Part shown: piece after piece, positions 33,228-37,742 of the stretch
How the letters are laid out: each line of letters begins with the position of its first letter
Position numbering within the stretch: position 1 is the first letter of the stretch
Assembly: GCF_006345805.1 (NCBI RefSeq)
Contig: NW_021835777.1
Coordinates: 1-37,742 of the forward strand
Reading direction: 5' to 3'
Origin: Octopus sinensis
Taxonomy: Eukaryota
DNA: 37,742 nucleotides
Program-made: the position numbers and the translations under genes
Notes under the pieces: model-generated
Seen by the model: only the letters and a program-made list of their open reading frames with translations
Database searches by the model: none
Told to the model about the DNA's origin: nothing

Positions 33228-35603
33228 TCATCATCAATCATCCATCATCATCTCATCACCACCATCATCCTTGTTATCATCTAATCATCACCATCACATC
33301 ACCATCATCCACATCCCTCACCATCATCATAATCATGCATCATCATCACCAACACATCACCACCATGTCATCCTACCACCACCATCACCATCCCATCATC
33401 AATCATCACCACCACACCACCACCTTGTTATCATCATAATCATAATCATCATCACCATCATCCATCCACCATCACATCACATAATCTCATCATCATCACC
33501 AACATCATCACCACCATCATCCTTGTTACATCACCATCATCATCCATCATCCATCATCATCACCAACATCATCACCACCATCATCCTATCATCACCATCA
33601 TCAACATCATCATCCATCATCATCACATCATCATCATCAATCATCATCATATCATCATCACCACCACCATCCTTGTATCATCATACCAACCACCACCATC
33701 CATCATCAGCCATCATCATCATCATCATAATCATCATCATCATCACCACATCATCACCACCATCTCCCTTGTTATCACATCATCATCATCCATCCATCCT
33801 CACATCACCACCATCATCCTTGTTATCATCATAATCATCATCATCATCATCCATCATCATCCATCATCATCATCATCATAATCATCATCATCATCCATCC
33901 AACATCATCACCACCATCATCCTTGTTATCATCATAATCATCATCATCCATCATCATCATCATCACCACCATCATCCTTGTTATCATCATAATCATCATC
34001 ATCATCATCCATCATCATCCATCATCATCATCATCATAATCATCATCATCATCATCAACATCATCACCACCATCATCCTTGTTATCATCATAATCATCAT
34101 CATCATCATCCATCATCATCCATCATCATCATCATCATAATCATCATCATCATCATCAACATCATCACCACCATCATCCTTGTTATCATCATAATCATCA
34201 TCATCATCATCCATCATCATCCATCATCATCATCATCATAATCATCATCATCATCATCAACATCATCACCACCATCATCCTTGTTATCATCATAATCATC
34301 ATCATCCATCATCATCATCATCACCACCATCATCCTTGTTACATCATATCATCATCAATCATCATCATCATCACCATCATCATCTCATCATCATCATCAT
34401 AATCATCATCATCAATCAACATCATCAACCACCATCATCCTTGTTATCATCATAATCATCATCATCCATCATCATCATCATCACCACCATCATCCTTGTT
34501 ATCATCATAAATCACATCATCATCATCCATCATCATCCATCATCATCACATCATAATCATCATCTCATCATCAACATCATCACCACCAATCATCCTTGTT
34601 ATCACATCATCATCATCATCATCATCCATCATCATCATCATCATCATCATCATATCATCAATCATCATCAATCATCATCACCAACATCATCCTTGTTATC
34701 ATCATAATCATCATCATCATCATCCACATCATCCATCATCACATCATCATAATCATCATCATCATCATCAACATCATCACCACCATCATCCTTGTTATCA
34801 TCATAATCATCATCATCCATCATCATCAATCATACCACCATCATCCTTGTTATCATCATAACATCATCATCATCATCCATCATCCTCCTCATCATCACAA
34901 TCAAATCATCATCATCATCACCAACATCATCACCACCATCATCCTTGTTATCATCATCATCACATCCATCATCATCATCATCATAATCATCATCATCATC
35001 ATCAACATCATCACCACCATCATCCTGTTATCATCATCATCATATCCATCATCATCATCATCATAATCATCATCATCATCTCAACATCATCACCACCACA
35101 TCCTGTTATCATCATCATCATAATCATCATCATCATCATCAGCAACATCATCCCCACCATCATCCTTGTTATCATCATAATCATCATCCATCATCATCAT
35201 CATCATAATCATCATCATCATCATCAACATCATCACCACCATCATCCTTGTTATCATCATCATCATAATCATCATCATCATCATCATCAACATCATCACC
35301 ACCATCATCCTTGTTATCATCATCATCATCATCCATCATCATCATCATCATAATCATCATCATCATCATCAACATCATCACCACCATCATCCTTGTTATC
35401 ATCATCATCATCATCCATCATCATCATCATCATAATCATCATCATCATCATCAACATCATCACCACCATCATCCTTGTTATCATCATCATCATCATCCAT
35501 CATCATCATCATCATAATCATCATCATCATCATCAACATCATCACCACCATCATCCTTGTTATCATCATCATCATCATCCATCATCATCATCATCATAAT
35601 CAT
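33228..35603. repeat. (CAT)n-based minisatellite with CCTTGTT marker; 101-bp and 82-bp periods
   Basis: Marker at 33976/34077/34178/34279 and at 35309/35391/35473/35555. Confidence 0.9.
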
Positions 35604-35605
35604 CC

Positions 35606-35948
35606 TATAATTGAGCAACTCGACTTATTCTTTTGTAAGCCCAGTACTTATTCTATCGGTCTCTTTTGCCGAACCACTAAGTAACGGGGACATAAACACA
35701 CCAGCATTGGTTGTCAAGCAATGCTAGGGGGACAACAACAGACACACAAAACACACACACGCATATATATATATATATACATATATATGACGGGCTTCTT
35801 CAGTTTCCGTCTACTAATCCACTCACAAGGCCATTGGTCGGCCCGGGGCAATAGCAGAAGACACTTGCCCAAGGTTCCACACAGTGGGACTGAACCCAGA
35901 ACCATGTGGGTTGGTAAACTAGCTACTTACCACACAGCCACTCCTGCG

Positions 35949-35981
<33 letters not shown>

Positions 35982-36371
35982 TATTACATACACATATATA
36001 CGACGGGCTTCTTTCAGTTTACGTCTCCAAATCCCTCACAAGGCTTTGGTCAGCCCGAGGCTATAGTAGAAACAATTGCCCAAGGTGCCATGCAGTGGGA
36101 CTGAACCCGGAACCATGTGGGTTGGTAAGCAGTTACTTACCACACAGCCACTCCTACGCCTATATATAATATATATATGTATATATATGGATATATATAT
36201 ACATATACAGGACAGGCTTCTTCAGTTTCTGTCTACCAAATCCACTCACAGGCTTTGGTCGGGCCGAGGCTATAGTAGAAGACACTTACCCAAGGTACCA
36301 CGCAGTGGGACTGAACCCGGAACCATGTGGTTGGTAAACTAGCTACTTACCACACGGCCACTCCTGCGCCT
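35606..36371 (-). mobile_element. Family A SINE (35606-35950, tail truncated) plus two extra tandem head modules (36001-36161, 36211-36371)
   Basis: Reverse-complement match to the reference copy. Confidence 0.85.
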
Positions 36372-36697
36372 ATGTGAATGCATCCAGTGTAAACGCGGGT
36401 ACCAAGGGGTCATGTTCTTGACTGTACGAAATGTTTGGGATGTTATGCAACAGAATTCAAGGGCACCGATGCCACGAGTTTGGCAATTAAGTAGAGAAAA
36501 GGATAACTGAGATTCCAGGAAGAATATGTTCCAAAAACCAAAAGAAAAACCCAAAAAAAAACTACCATGAAGAATCTAATTAGATTTGAAGGAGGTTTGT
36601 GATCTTACATAGGCCCACACACAACGCAAACACACACACACATGCACACCTATATACATACACATACACGCACATGCATGTATGCGCACACCTATAT

Positions 36698-36747
<50 letters not shown>

Positions 36748-36856
36748 TCATCATCATCATCATCATCATCATCGTAAAACGGACGCTAAATGATGATGAT
36801 GATGATGATGATGATATCTATATATATGTGTGTGTCTATATATACATACACACACA

Positions 36857-36891
<35 letters not shown>

Positions 36892-37481
36892 TAACATACA
36901 GCTAGAGATGTAAAGATACAAATATATATAGATACATACAGACTTGTATATATATATGCATGTGTGTGTGTGTCTATGTATGTATGTATCTATCTATCTA
37001 TCTATATATCTCTCTCTCTCTTGCTCTCTGTATATGTATATATGTGTATATATATATATATATACACCTACATAAGCATGCATAATTACAAACAGAAAGA
37101 CATACAGATTGGTTTGTGAATGCTTGGTTCACAAAACTGCATGTATTATATTATATAATATACATATATATATAGATATATATATATATATACATATATA
37201 TATACATACTACATATATATATCATACATACATATATATACATACATACATATATATATACATACATACATATATATATACAATCATACATATATATATA
37301 CATCATCATACATATATACATACATACAAATATATATATATATATATACATACACATATATAAATATATATATAAAATATATACATATATATATATACAC
37401 ACACACACATATATATATACACCTACCCACACACTTGCATGTGGGTGTATCATCTATGACCATATACTCAAGTGGACATAT

Positions 37482-37518
<37 letters not shown>

Positions 37519-37742
37519 ATATATAATCTATTATGTTGTATGTATGTTGTGTGTTAGGTGTGGTATATATGTATGTATGTGTGTATGTATGTATGTATAA
37601 ATAGACACTTTCCTGTGTAGCGTCTGTCTGTCCATATTATTTACAAGTGTTGTCCCTACTTATTATAAATTAACTATTTACGACTCACCTGAACATCAAC
37701 AGTACCACTGCCCTATGCCGCACCACCCACCACACACCACCA

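Noticed and set aside
36372-36520. Cys-containing peptide fragments (ECIQCKRGYQG; DCTKCLGCY) suggesting an EGF-like exon
   Set aside because: The motifs lie in different frames with stops, and splice signals are weak.
376-37499. The many long ORFs in the supplied track (poly-[32 protein letters not shown] and similar)
   Set aside because: They are translations of stop-poor microsatellites, tandem arrays or SINE/LINE sequence, with no recognisable domains.

Overview
This is eukaryotic, almost entirely repeat-derived DNA. The SINE and LINE families and the very high microsatellite load look like an octopus (cephalopod) genome; that assignment is from recognition and inference, not a database search. 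No host protein-coding gene, rRNA, genuine tRNA or CRISPR array can be supported, and nearly all ORFs in the supplied track are translations of microsatellites. Supported content: (1) many copies of a tRNA-headed CORE-like SINE, including tandem runs of its head module; (2) a 5'-truncated RTE-clade LINE and several of its 3'-UTR fragments, two carrying tandem arrays (19/17-bp and 67-bp) made from the same UTR motif; (3) a decayed mariner transposase split by SINEs; (4) a CR1 3' end; (5) a non-autonomous Helitron, a Tc1/mariner MITE and other inverted-repeat elements; (6) a ~4 kb CA-rich minisatellite; (7) a ~2 kb local duplication with a filled/empty LINE insertion site. The most interesting unexplained signal is a duplicated 170-bp unit (8575-9022). 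Each copy carries two hammerhead-ribozyme-like cores, and the copies differ by one compensatory base-pair swap; it may be a Penelope-like or retrozyme relic with a non-canonical core.
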